Of a DNA stretch of 64,000 nt, positions 7,423 through 16,192 are shown one piece after another (the stretch's first letter is position 1; the number at the start of each line of letters is the position of its first letter). Under the pieces are notes generated by a model, which saw only the letters and a list, made by a program, of their open reading frames with translations, made no database searches and was not told the origin of the DNA. The position numbers and the translations under genes were made by a program. The DNA lies in NCBI GenBank assembly GCA_964648045.1, contig CAZYNU010000002.1, forward strand, positions 6,782 to 70,781. Direction: 5' to 3'. Source of the DNA: an uncultured Candidatus Peribacteria bacterium. GTDB taxonomy: Bacteria > Patescibacteriota > Gracilibacteria > Peribacterales > Peribacteraceae.

Positions 7423-8520
7423 GTGCGTGAGCAGCCGTTCGTAGGCCTCGACCATCGGTTGGAGTCCGAAGCGCGCCAGGGCTGTCTGACGGGCATTATC
7501 ACAGAGGCGCAGGCGCAACTCTTCGTCATCGCGCAGGCGGACGAGCGCGGCACGCAGGGCGGCCGCATTACCAGCCGGAACAATGAGCGCATCGAGACCG
7601 TCGCGCAGCTCGCCGGCGATGCCGCAGGCGTCGGTCACGATCACCGCGCGACCGGCGGCCATCGCTTCGGCGGCCACCAAACCAAACGGATCGTGGTCGC
7701 GCGAGGGGAGCACGAGTACGTCGCGCTCGCGCAGGAACTCGGCCGTGTCGAGCGGCGGCGTCAGTAGCGCCACGTCGGTGCCGCGAGCGCGGGCGGCAGC
7801 CATAACGGCACGCACCTCCGCCTCATCGCGACCCGTACCGACAATCGTCAGGAACATCTCCGTGAGACCGGCAACCGCTTCTACCAAGAGGTCCACACCC
7901 TTGTCGCGCGTCAGACGGGCAATGCAACCAACCTGCAGTGGACCCGTGCGGGCGGGGGGCAGCGGAATCACGGCGAAACGATCGATATCGATGCCATTGC
8001 CGATGGAGACGGTGTGGTCGGCGGGCCAGCCCATCTGCACGTACAGGCGACGACTCAGCTCGGAGACGGCGACGGTCGTGGCCAGCGGCGCCAGGCGACG
8101 CAAGCGCGGACGCCAAGGATTCATCTTCAGCCAGCGCCCCAGGCGGTCGTGCTCGATCCACAACACACGGACGCCGCGGGCAGCGAGAGGTTTTGTGAGT
8201 AGTAACTTCTCACTCAGACTGAGCATGCAGACGACATCGGGTTGAGGCAGATCGGCCAAAGCCTGTTCGAGCGCGGCCTGCATGCGTCGCTGCCGCCAAC
8301 CGAAACTGGCGGCCAAGGTGGCGCTCACGGGCGGCGCACCGATAGTCAGTTCCAGCGCGGCAAAACCAGCCTCACGAACCAGATTGAGTAAAACCGGACA
8401 GCTGCCCAAGAAAAAAACGTCGTGACCGCGGGCACGGAGGCCTTCCATGAGCGCAAGCGTCTGGATCTCGGCGCCGCCGAGCGCGCTCTCGAGTGGGAAG
8501 CGGGTGAAGAGAATCCTCAT
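7414..8520 (-). CDS. glycosyltransferase family 4 (GT-B, GT1-like C-terminal domain)
   Basis: MRILFTRFPLESALGGAEIQTLAL..., then ...LLTPPLD...VLVLPSRDHDPFGLVAAEAMAAGRAVIVTD (E-x7-E-like region). The start is the ATG at 8520. Confidence 0.75.
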   Translation of the reverse strand: MRILFTRFPLESALGGAEIQTLALMEGLRARGHDVFFLGSCPVLLNLVREAGFAALELTIGAPPVSATLAASFGWRQRRMQAALEQALADLPQPDVVCMLSLSEKLLLTKPLAARGVRVLWIEHDRLGRWLKMNPWRPRLRRLAPLATTVAVSELSRRLYVQMGWPADHTVSIGNGIDIDRFAVIPLPPARTGPLQVGCIARLTRDKGVDLLVEAVAGLTEMFLTIVGTGRDEAEVRAVMAAARARGTDVALLTPPLDTAEFLRERDVLVLPSRDHDPFGLVAAEAMAAGRAVIVTDACGIAGELRDGLDALIVPAGNAAALRAALVRLRDDEELRLRLCDNARQTALARFGLQPMVEAYERLLTHKK

Positions 8521-8539
8521 CGAGGTTGAGCGTAGCACG

Positions 8540-8917
8540 TCAGGCACGCTCCGCCTGCCACTCTGTGAGTAGATCGGCCAAACGGGTCTCGGCGCCGGGC
8601 AGGCTGCTACACACTACCGCGTCGGCACCGGCAGACCGGGCTTCGTTGGCATTGGCGTGATTATCCGCTGAACTCACGAGCGCGATCTTCGCGTGTGGAA
8701 ACGCGGTGCGCACCGCCCGAATCACAACGGGGCCGTTGAGCGCCGGAATGTAGTAGTCGACAAAAGCGGCGGCGAGGTCGGGCAGTTTAGGCAGTAATGC
8801 TATCGCCTCAGCAGTGGTCACCGCCTCGTGCACCTCGCCCCTCCAAGATTCTGTCGCCACAGCACGAAGCATGGCGCGCTTCTCCGACGAGTCATCGACA
8901 ATCAGAAGTGCCGGCAC
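8540..8917 (-). CDS. stand-alone CheY-like receiver (REC) domain protein
   Basis: VPALLIVDDSSEKRAML...AAFVDYYIPALNGPVVIRAVR...KIALVSS. The GTG start at 8917 is supported by TACGAT (8924-8929, minus strand) 6 nt upstream. The longer track ORF to 9124 would overlap the divergent gene. Confidence 0.5.
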   Translation of the reverse strand: MPALLIVDDSSEKRAMLRAVATESWRGEVHEAVTTAEAIALLPKLPDLAAAFVDYYIPALNGPVVIRAVRTAFPHAKIALVSSADNHANANEARSAGADAVVCSSLPGAETRLADLLTEWQAERA

Positions 8918-8994
8918 GCGCCGATCGTACCAGAACAGAGAATGGCAGCGCGCGCGATTCCGACCAGCGACCAACCTGCTTACACTCAAACGGC

Positions 8995-10308
8995 GTGCCC
9001 TCCCTCGCACCCGCCCAAGACCGCGATTCTGCCGCTGATCCACGCTGGTGGTCGGCGCGTTGGTTGATGGTCGCCGCAGTGATCGTGGGCGTACTTCTTC
9101 GCTTGGCCTACGTAGCGACGACACCGTTCAACTTGCGCAATTACGACGTGGGCGGACACCTGCAGTATTTGAGCTACATGAGTACGGAGTGGCGTGTGCC
9201 CGAGGCGACGCTGGGCTGGGAAATGCACCAACCTCCGCTCTATTACGCCGCCGCTGCAGTTTGGACAATGCTGCAACCAGGCTCTGATTGGATGCGCGAA
9301 TTGCAAGGATTGGCATTCATTTGCTCGTTGGCCACCTTGCTCATCGGCGCTTGGATTGGCACGGAGCTCTTTCCGCGTCGGCACCAGGCCTGGCTGACCG
9401 GACTCTTCACGCTCGGTCTCGCCGTATTCCCCGGGCTTATCCTGCTGTCGTCGCGCGTGAATAACGACGTGCTCTACGCCCCACTGTGTTTCGCGGCCTT
9501 CGGCCTGTTGCTTTGGTGGTGGCGGGCGCCCAAGCGCCGCCGCTGGGTGGCCCTCTGCCTCGTTCTCACCGCCGCGCTGCTCACCAAATCGAACGGACTC
9601 CTACTCATTGGTGCGACTGCCCTCTGCCTGGTGGCGAATCGACGAGTGACGCTGCAGGAATGCCTGAAGCAACTGTTCGTAGGCATGGCCATCATCGGCA
9701 TTGGCGCCGGCTGGTACCACGCACTGCGGCATGAGCAGCGCTTTGGCGTACAGTTCTTTGTCGAGTCCAGTGCCAACACGTCTCCCCTCAGTCGCGGCCT
9801 GTTCGTGGGTAATCAACTGAGTGACTACGTCACCCTGCCTCTCGTTCAAACCATCGAACAGCCGTACGTCAGTCCATGGAAAGACACCACTTTCCGGCGA
9901 AACTTTTGGTCGTACGCCTATCGCTCGGCCTACTTGGGCGAGTTTCACTTTGGCGATACGTTGCGAGGCCTCTCGCGGGGCATTCTTCTTTCTGGCTATG
10001 GAGTGATGGTGCTCTCGACGGTGGGCCTGGCGTTCTTATTGCACAAGCGGGAGAGCGCGCTCTTTCCTTTGGCAGCCGTGCTGTGTCTGCAGTTTGCCGG
10101 TTTGATGGGCTATCGCCTGCTGAATCCCTTCGCTTGTAACCAGGATTTCCGCTTTATCGTGGTGGCAACTGCCCCGCTGCTCGGGCTGGCCATCGTTGGC
10201 CTGGAGCAGTTGCCGAGCACGGCCCGCAAACCAGCGTTGGCCGTCTACTTGCTGCATGCGACCCTCTGCGCGGCACTCATTGCTGGCATCGTGGCGCTCG
10301 GCATCTAA
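8995..10308 (+). CDS. GT-C fold glycosyltransferase, family 39 / PMT_2 (ArnT-like) polytopic membrane protein
   Basis: YDVGGHLQYLSYM and WEMHQPPLYY motifs near the N-terminus, with more than 10 hydrophobic segments. The start is uncertain. GTG 8995 has TACACT (8981-8986) 8 nt upstream; ATG 9067 is the alternative. Confidence 0.65.
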   Translation: MPSLAPAQDRDSAADPRWWSARWLMVAAVIVGVLLRLAYVATTPFNLRNYDVGGHLQYLSYMSTEWRVPEATLGWEMHQPPLYYAAAAVWTMLQPGSDWMRELQGLAFICSLATLLIGAWIGTELFPRRHQAWLTGLFTLGLAVFPGLILLSSRVNNDVLYAPLCFAAFGLLLWWWRAPKRRRWVALCLVLTAALLTKSNGLLLIGATALCLVANRRVTLQECLKQLFVGMAIIGIGAGWYHALRHEQRFGVQFFVESSANTSPLSRGLFVGNQLSDYVTLPLVQTIEQPYVSPWKDTTFRRNFWSYAYRSAYLGEFHFGDTLRGLSRGILLSGYGVMVLSTVGLAFLLHKRESALFPLAAVLCLQFAGLMGYRLLNPFACNQDFRFIVVATAPLLGLAIVGLEQLPSTARKPALAVYLLHATLCAALIAGIVALGI

Positions 10309-10336
10309 ACGCAACGGTGTGCTACCATGCCGCTCG

Positions 10337-11518
10337 ATGTTCCGTCGGATGGACCTACTCTTGCTCGGCGTGGCAGTGGGACTGACACTCTTCGGATTGG
10401 CGATGATCGCGAGCGTGTCCGTCTTTAAAAGTTATCAGTTGACGATCGACGCCGTGGGCGGCCCCACCAACGCCTTCTATTTGTGGCGCAGCTCGTTCCA
10501 CGTACTTATTAGCACCAGCGTGATGTTGGGTGTGTCGCTCATTCCGTATCGCACCTGGGAACGGTACGCCCTGCCGCTCTTCGGCCTGACAGTTCTTTTG
10601 CTGCTCACGGTGCTGGGAATCTCGAGCCTCAGCAACGATTACGGCACAGCCCGAAGCTGGCTCGTCGTTGCCGGCTTTTCCGTGCAACCATCGGAAATTC
10701 TCAAACTGACCCTCGTCTTCTACCTGGCCGTCTGGCTGCAAAAGCGCGAACAGCAGGTCGCCACATTTAAAGAAGGCTTCCTCCCCTTCGTCACGCTGCT
10801 CGTGCTCTCCACGTTCCTCGTTGCCATCCAGCCCGACCTTGGCTCGTTCCTCGTACTTTCCAGCATCGCAGTGACGATGTTCTTCATTGCCGGCGGCAGC
10901 CTCTTTCACTTGCTCTCGGGCGGTGTGATCGCGGCGTTGGTGGGACTGCCGATGATTTTACAAGAGGACTACGTCCGCAATCGTTTTAAGGCCTTCCTGG
11001 CTTTCAACGACCCCACGTTTAGCGAGACCATCGGCTTTCAAATCAAGCAGGCGCTGATCGCGGTTGGCAGTGGCGGTATGTTCGGCGTGGGTTATGGCAA
11101 GTCGGTGCAGAAGTTTGGCTACTTACCCGAAGTGCAGGGCGACATGATCTTCTCGGCCATGGGTGAAGAGCTAGGATTCCTCCGACTCTTGATCGTCCTG
11201 GGTCTCTACGGCGTGTTCGTGGTACGTGGCTACAAAATCGCACGCGAGGCCCCCGACCGCTTCGGCTTCCTGGTGGCGACGGGCATTACCACCTGGGTGG
11301 CATTCCAGACGCTCTTGAACATCTCCGTAAACCTGTCGCTCTTCCCGCTCACCGGTCTGACTCTGCCGTTCATTAGCTACGGCGGCTCATCGTTGCTCAC
11401 CCTCATGATTGGCGTGGGCATTTTGCTGAACATTTCCGCGCACTCCACGGAGCAATCGCTGGCCGTGCGTCGGCCGAAGCGGGTCGAGAAGCGGCCGTCG
11501 TTCTTCCCCAGGGCATGA
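10337..11518 (+). CDS. ftsW: FtsW/RodA/SpoVE-family peptidoglycan polymerase (SEDS)
   Basis: Polytopic membrane protein with SEILKLTLVFYLA and LTLPFISYGGSSLL. Its stop overlaps the murG start (ATGA). TACCAT (10323-10328) lies 8 nt before the ATG at 10337. Confidence 0.85.
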   Translation: MFRRMDLLLLGVAVGLTLFGLAMIASVSVFKSYQLTIDAVGGPTNAFYLWRSSFHVLISTSVMLGVSLIPYRTWERYALPLFGLTVLLLLTVLGISSLSNDYGTARSWLVVAGFSVQPSEILKLTLVFYLAVWLQKREQQVATFKEGFLPFVTLLVLSTFLVAIQPDLGSFLVLSSIAVTMFFIAGGSLFHLLSGGVIAALVGLPMILQEDYVRNRFKAFLAFNDPTFSETIGFQIKQALIAVGSGGMFGVGYGKSVQKFGYLPEVQGDMIFSAMGEELGFLRLLIVLGLYGVFVVRGYKIAREAPDRFGFLVATGITTWVAFQTLLNISVNLSLFPLTGLTLPFISYGGSSLLTLMIGVGILLNISAHSTEQSLAVRRPKRVEKRPSFFPRA

Positions 11519-12561
11519 CCGCCGTTCGCGTACTCCTCGTCGGCGGCGGCTCAACTGGGCACTTGGCGCCGCTGGTGGCCGTCTGGCGCGAGATTGAACG
11601 GGCCGAACCGCAGGCCAAAGTGTACGCCTTGGCCACCGACCGCGGCATCGACTCGGCCTTCCTGCAGCGTGAGCACATCTCACATGCGCTTGCGCCGTAC
11701 CCCTGGCGAACACTCTGGCTGCCCTGGAGTCTGGCGCGGGGACTATGGCGCGCTGCAGGCGTACTGCAAGCTTTTCGACCAACGGTCATCGTGAGTAAGG
11801 GCGGCCTCGTGAGTCTGCCAGTGTGCTTGCTGGCGGTTCTGCGGCGCGTGCCGATCGTGGTGCACGAATCCGACGCGGTGATGGGCGGAGGCACGTCGCT
11901 CGTACGACGACTGGCAACCACGATCTGCCTGGGCATCGATACCGGCATGCGTGCGCCGAACATTGTCGTGACGGGCAACCCGGTACGACCGGAAATTACA
12001 GCCGGATCACGCGAGCGGGCCTTGGAGATGACGGGCTTAAGCGGGAAAAAACCGATCTTGCTCGTTACGGGCGGCAGCCAGGGTGCTGAAGCCTTGAATC
12101 AAGCGGTCATCGCGGCGCTACCACAGCTACTGCCGGTCATGGACATCATTCACCTGACTGGCGCAGGCAAGAGCGCCGGCGCCTCGCAACCCGGCTATTT
12201 CTCGGCCCCCGAATCGAACGGAGCAATGGGCGACTTCTACGCGGCCGCCACCCTGTCGCTCATGCGCGGTGGAGCCGGCAGCATCAGCGAGTGCGCGGCC
12301 ACGGGCACGCCGGCGGTCATTGTGCCGCTGGAGGGCCTGGCTCATGACCACCAATTGCGCAACGCCGAACGAACGACAACCAGCGGGGGGTGCGTGCTGC
12401 TGCGCCAACGCGATCTGGAACGTTTGCCGGAGGTACTTCTTTCCATCATCACCAATGAGGACCGGCTGCGCATCATGCGTACGGCCATCCGCGGGTTACA
12501 ATCTCCCGATGCCGCCCGCCTCATCGCGAACCTGGTGCTGAAGGCGAGCATGGCTGCTTGA
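11515..12561 (+). CDS. murG: UDP-GlcNAc:undecaprenyl-PP-MurNAc-pentapeptide GlcNAc transferase
   Basis: VLLVGGGSTGHLAPLVAV, LLVTGGSQGAEALN and RGGAGSISECAATGTPAVIVP. Confidence 0.9.
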   Translation: MTAVRVLLVGGGSTGHLAPLVAVWREIERAEPQAKVYALATDRGIDSAFLQREHISHALAPYPWRTLWLPWSLARGLWRAAGVLQAFRPTVIVSKGGLVSLPVCLLAVLRRVPIVVHESDAVMGGGTSLVRRLATTICLGIDTGMRAPNIVVTGNPVRPEITAGSRERALEMTGLSGKKPILLVTGGSQGAEALNQAVIAALPQLLPVMDIIHLTGAGKSAGASQPGYFSAPESNGAMGDFYAAATLSLMRGGAGSISECAATGTPAVIVPLEGLAHDHQLRNAERTTTSGGCVLLRQRDLERLPEVLLSIITNEDRLRIMRTAIRGLQSPDAARLIANLVLKASMAA

Positions 12562-12624
12562 AGAGGAAAAATTGTATTCAAGACCCTTGCAAAACCCAGG
12601 GGTGAGTCCGTAGCGTGAAGCCCT

Positions 12625-13269
12625 ATGGTCAAACTTCTTCTGCCACTCTTCGCCCTCGCGCTCTTGCTCATGGGCTGCACGCCAAAAACACCCACCACCA
12701 ACCAGCCCTACGGCACCGGTGCCGTCGTCAGTTCCGTCTCCGTCTCTTCTTCCTCCTCCGCCCCCGCCATGGCCCTCAAGACTTTCTCCGGCATCACGCT
12801 CCTGACGGGTAAGCACGTCGTGACGCTCAAGACCTCGAAGGGTTCCATCACCCTCGAACTAGATGCCGACCGCGCCCCAATGGCCGTTACGAACTTCGTG
12901 ACGCACACCAAAGACGGCTACTATGACGACCTCACCTTCCATCGCGTGATCAGCGGCTTTATGATTCAAGGCGGCGATCCCGACGGCACCGGCCGCGGCG
13001 GCGAGAGCATCTTCGGCGAAACTTTCCCCGACGAGATTGTGGCCCCCATGGTGTACGCACGCGGCACGATTGCCATGGCCAACCGCGGACCCGACACGAA
13101 CGGCAGCCAGTTCTTCATCATGCATAAGGACTACCCACTGCCGCCGAACTACACGATCTTCGGCAAGGTGACGGCCGGCCTCGACGTGGTGGATGCCATC
13201 GCCTTGGTGAAAACCGGCTCGCAGGACCGTCCGTTGGAGCCTGTCACCTTCTCGGCTACGGCGAAGTAA
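12625..13269 (+). CDS. cyclophilin-type peptidyl-prolyl cis-trans isomerase, lipoprotein
   Basis: Lipobox LLLMGCTP, a Ser-rich linker, then FHRVISGFMIQGGDP and MANRGPDTNGSQFFI. Confidence 0.9.
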   Translation: MVKLLLPLFALALLLMGCTPKTPTTNQPYGTGAVVSSVSVSSSSSAPAMALKTFSGITLLTGKHVVTLKTSKGSITLELDADRAPMAVTNFVTHTKDGYYDDLTFHRVISGFMIQGGDPDGTGRGGESIFGETFPDEIVAPMVYARGTIAMANRGPDTNGSQFFIMHKDYPLPPNYTIFGKVTAGLDVVDAIALVKTGSQDRPLEPVTFSATAK

Positions 13270-13290
13270 TCTTTTTTGCACCAAAGAGAG

Positions 13291-13316
13291 ACGCCGTCCC
13301 TCGGGGCGGCGTTTTT
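13291..13316 (+). terminator. intrinsic terminator after the PPIase gene (possibly bidirectional)
   Basis: ACGCCG(T)CCC-TCG-GGGCGGCGT followed by TTTTGTGTT. Confidence 0.7.
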
Positions 13317-13331
13317 GTGTTGGACTAGTGA

Positions 13332-13793
13332 TCACTTGAGGAAGTTCGCCACCTTCTCCATGGCCTCGGTCACTTGCTCAGCCGAGCTTCTACCTTGAAC
13401 CTTCATGCCTAACCAGCCAATAAGGGAGACCGCAGCGATGCTACCCGCGACGATGCCGAACTCGCGCACGCCCAGCGGCACGCGAAGCAGCACCAGGCCC
13501 AGGCCGACCACGCAGGTAGCGAAGATGCCGATCACCACGCCCGTCGCGAGCGTGACGATCACCAGCTTCTGGCGGTTCTCGGCGTTGTCCTGGGGCGTGG
13601 CGGCAATGGCCGTGAGCAGCTCGCTCGGTAGGATGACGGCCTCCTTTCCCCACTGTTTGAACAGGCTCTGCACCTTGCGCTGCAGCACCAGGCCCACGAG
13701 CGACTGAAACGAGACGGCCGTCTTGCCCTCGACGATGGCGCGGACGGGATCGCTCTTGAGGGGCACTTCGAGATCGCTCTGGGAGGGGTCCAT
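13332..13793 (-). CDS. hypothetical membrane protein (153 aa, 2-3 TM segments)
   Basis: The start is the ATG at 13793 (MDPSQSDLEV...), with TACACT (13800-13805, minus strand) 6 nt upstream. The longer track ORF would read through the upstream terminator. Confidence 0.55.
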   Translation of the reverse strand: MDPSQSDLEVPLKSDPVRAIVEGKTAVSFQSLVGLVLQRKVQSLFKQWGKEAVILPSELLTAIAATPQDNAENRQKLVIVTLATGVVIGIFATCVVGLGLVLLRVPLGVREFGIVAGSIAAVSLIGWLGMKVQGRSSAEQVTEAMEKVANFLK

Positions 13794-13813
13794 GGCCGAA
13801 GTGTAGCAGATCG

Positions 13814-13842
13814 AAAAAACCGCCACGGCTGTGCCGTGGCGG
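13814..13842 (-). terminator. intrinsic terminator after the 13868-14143 gene
   Basis: Minus strand reads CCGCCACGG-CACAG-CCGTGGCGG followed by TTTTTT. Confidence 0.8.
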
Positions 13843-13867
13843 AAGGGTTGGCTGAGGGCGCTGGCGG

Positions 13868-14143
13868 TCAACGTTTCTCAGGGATAGCGGTCGAACCCGT
13901 GCCTTCCTGGGCGTCGTAGAACCACTGCTCGGTTTGCTGGGTGTCACGGTCAAAGACGGTGATGATGTACTGATGGGCCGAATCGACACCGGGGTCGAAC
14001 ACGGCGACGGCGTCGATACGCCGAGCCACACGACCCGTCAATTCCAGCTGAAAAAGCTGGAAGGTGCGGTTCTGCAGCGCCATGATCAGGTTGTAGCGCT
14101 TGGGTCCGTCACAGATTTTTTTAACGGTGATGGGAACGGTCAT
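13868..14143 (-). CDS. hypothetical small protein (91 aa)
   Basis: AGAGGA Shine-Dalgarno upstream of the ATG at 14143. It is flanked by terminators on both sides. I recognised no motif. Confidence 0.5.
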   Translation of the reverse strand: MTVPITVKKICDGPKRYNLIMALQNRTFQLFQLELTGRVARRIDAVAVFDPGVDSAHQYIITVFDRDTQQTEQWFYDAQEGTGSTAIPEKR

Positions 14144-14250
14144 GATGCTGGTCCTCTGGTGGATCTTGTTCTCTTTGCCGCTTGATGGCGGTCCGTGATC
14201 GCACGGCTGCGCATACCGTACACCAAAATTTCTACTTGCATATACCGGTC

Positions 14251-14288
14251 AGATAAAAGAAACCCGCTTCCCCCTCGTGGGAAGCGGG
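14251..14288 (-). terminator. intrinsic terminator after the 14296-14643 gene
   Basis: Minus strand reads CCCGCTTCCC-ACGAGG-GGGAAGCGGG followed by TTTCTTTTAT. Confidence 0.85.
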
Positions 14289-14295
14289 CGGATCA

Positions 14296-14643
14296 CTAGT
14301 CTGACAGTTCGCGCCCCTTACGGAGCGAACAGTTGTAGTACCAGTGGATGGGCATGTTGCCCTTACCCCGGTATCCACGGATGAACCAATTCAACTTGCT
14401 GCCATCCTCGGCGAGCAAGCCATTGACGCGGACGACCACGGCCTCGCCGTGGAACACGAACGTGACGGCGTCCCTCCCGGCGAGAGCCGCCAGGAGCAGG
14501 TGTACCGACGGGCCGTCGGTAATGTCGTAGAGGGCCGGGGTCTGCTGCTCGGAAGTGGCCATGGCGACCATCTCTCCTGCTTCTGAATGAACAGTGATCC
14601 GCCGCGACATTGGTTGTGCCACGACATCCGTACTCACGGACAT
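14296..14643 (-). CDS. hypothetical small protein (115 aa)
   Basis: The ORF lies between a TTGACA promoter island and a strong terminator. I recognised no motif. The start could instead be the internal Met (MSRRITV...). Confidence 0.5.
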   Translation of the reverse strand: MSVSTDVVAQPMSRRITVHSEAGEMVAMATSEQQTPALYDITDGPSVHLLLAALAGRDAVTFVFHGEAVVVRVNGLLAEDGSKLNWFIRGYRGKGNMPIHWYYNCSLRKGRELSD

Positions 14644-14675
14644 CAGTAAATTACACTATTTTTAGTATTTGTCAA
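14644..14675 (-). promoter_or_regulatory. AT-rich promoter island with TTGACA (14670-14675, minus strand) immediately upstream of ATG 14643
   Basis: Minus strand reads TTGACAaatactaaaaatagTGTAATttactgATG. The -10 is TGTAAT or TAATTT, and the spacing is ambiguous. Confidence 0.5.
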
Positions 14676-14680
14676 ATATC

Positions 14681-16141
14681 TCACTGAGCCTTCCGCAGGC
14701 GGTCCAACGTCTCCTTTTGACCAAGAATTCCGGCCATCTCGGTGGCACCGGGGCTGAACGGCTGGCCGGTGAGGGCGGCGCGCAGCGGCCAGAGCGTCTG
14801 GCCGAGCTTCCAGCCCTTCTCCTCGCCCTTGGCGCGAAGCAGTGCGAGCAGCGCCTGGTCATTCCAGTCGGCGGCGGGCACGGCCTCGAGCGTGGCGATG
14901 AGCGTGGCCAGGATTTCGGGCAGCAGCTCGGGCGTCACCTTCTGCTTGGGATTGGCGAGCAGCTCGACCGTCACATTCTCAGGTGCGCGATAGAACGGGC
15001 GCAGCATGGCCGCGGCCTCCGAGAAGAACGTCACGCGCTCGCGGATGAGCGCGATCTTCGATGCAAAATTCTGGTCACCCTCAATCTCCGGCAGCTCGCT
15101 CTTGGCCGCCTCGCGGCAACGGCGCTCGAACTCCTCTACCGGCAATTTTCGCATCCACTGGCCCTGTAGCCAGTCGAGCTTCTGCAAGTCGAAGACGGCA
15201 CCTGCCTTCTGTACGCGCTCCAAACTGAACTGATCGATCAACTCCTGCTTCGTGAACACTTCCTGTTCGGTGCCGGGGTTCCAGCCGAGCAACGCCAAAA
15301 AATTGATCATCGCCTCGGGCAGGTAGCCCTTCTGAATGTACTCGCGCACCGAGACCGAGCCCTGGCGCTTGCTGAGCTTCGACTTGTCGGCGTTGAGCAG
15401 TAGCGGCAGATGGCCGAAGCGTGGTGGAGTCCAGCCGAAAGCCTGATAGAGCAAGATGTGCTTGGGCGTGGAGCTGAGCCACTCCTCGCCGCGCAGCACC
15501 AGGTCGATCGCCATCAGGTGATCATCGACGACGTTGGCGAGGTGATACGTGGGGAAGCCGTCGCTCTTCATGAGCACTTGGTCGTCGACGGTATGCCCCT
15601 TGAACGAAACTTTCCCACGAATGGCATCGTCGAATTCCACCGTGCGTTCGTGTGGCACTTTCAGGCGCACGACATGCGGCTCGCCCGCGGCCAACTTGGC
15701 GGCAATCTCGTCGGTGGAGAGCTTGGCGCATTGGCGGTCATACATTGGTGCTTGCTTGCGCTCCTCCTGCTTTTTGCGCATCTCCTCAAGGCGCTCCTTT
15801 GTGCAGAAGCAGCGATACGCCTGACCGCCCGCGATGAGTCGATCGCAATGCTCGCGGTAGAGATGGGTACGCTTCGACTGCGTGTACGGACCGCGCTCGC
15901 CGCGCTCGGCCGGGTGGCCACCTTGCAAGATCACGCCTTCGTCGGGCAGTACGTTGGCCCAGGCGAAGCAATCGAGAAAATCTTCCACTGCACCCGCCAC
16001 TTCACGCTCTTGGTCGGTATCTTCCACGCGCAGTAAGAATTGACCGCCTTCTTTGCGAACAATCAATTCGTTATAGAGCGCCGTGCGCAAACCGCCCACA
16101 TGCAGGAGACCGGTGGGGGAGGGGGCATAACGGGTGCGCAT
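14681..16141 (-). CDS. gltX: glutamate--tRNA ligase
   Basis: MRTRYAPSPTGLLHVGGLRTALYN (HIGH-type motif) and KLSKRQG (KMSKS-type motif). Confidence 0.9.
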   Translation of the reverse strand: MRTRYAPSPTGLLHVGGLRTALYNELIVRKEGGQFLLRVEDTDQEREVAGAVEDFLDCFAWANVLPDEGVILQGGHPAERGERGPYTQSKRTHLYREHCDRLIAGGQAYRCFCTKERLEEMRKKQEERKQAPMYDRQCAKLSTDEIAAKLAAGEPHVVRLKVPHERTVEFDDAIRGKVSFKGHTVDDQVLMKSDGFPTYHLANVVDDHLMAIDLVLRGEEWLSSTPKHILLYQAFGWTPPRFGHLPLLLNADKSKLSKRQGSVSVREYIQKGYLPEAMINFLALLGWNPGTEQEVFTKQELIDQFSLERVQKAGAVFDLQKLDWLQGQWMRKLPVEEFERRCREAAKSELPEIEGDQNFASKIALIRERVTFFSEAAAMLRPFYRAPENVTVELLANPKQKVTPELLPEILATLIATLEAVPAADWNDQALLALLRAKGEEKGWKLGQTLWPLRAALTGQPFSPGATEMAGILGQKETLDRLRKAQ

Positions 16142-16149
16142 TGGCCAGG

Positions 16150-16185
16150 ACTATACAGGATCCCGGCGGCAGCGGGTGGTATACT
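16150..16185. promoter_or_regulatory. back-to-back -10 elements for divergent gltX and murB, each positioned for a leaderless transcript
   Basis: TATAGT (16150-16155, minus strand) lies 8 nt before the gltX ATG. TGgTATACT (16177-16185, plus strand, extended -10) lies 7 nt before the murB ATG. Confidence 0.55.
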
Positions 16186-16192
16186 TCGGATC

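Noticed and set aside
8797-8994. Long N-terminal extension of the GT39-like ORF, and the 194-aa version of the REC ORF (to 9124), which overlap each other
   Set aside because: The two extensions are mutually overlapping on opposite strands and give Arg/Pro/Ser-rich sequence. Both genes have better-supported internal GTG starts, each with a -10 hexamer 6-8 nt upstream.
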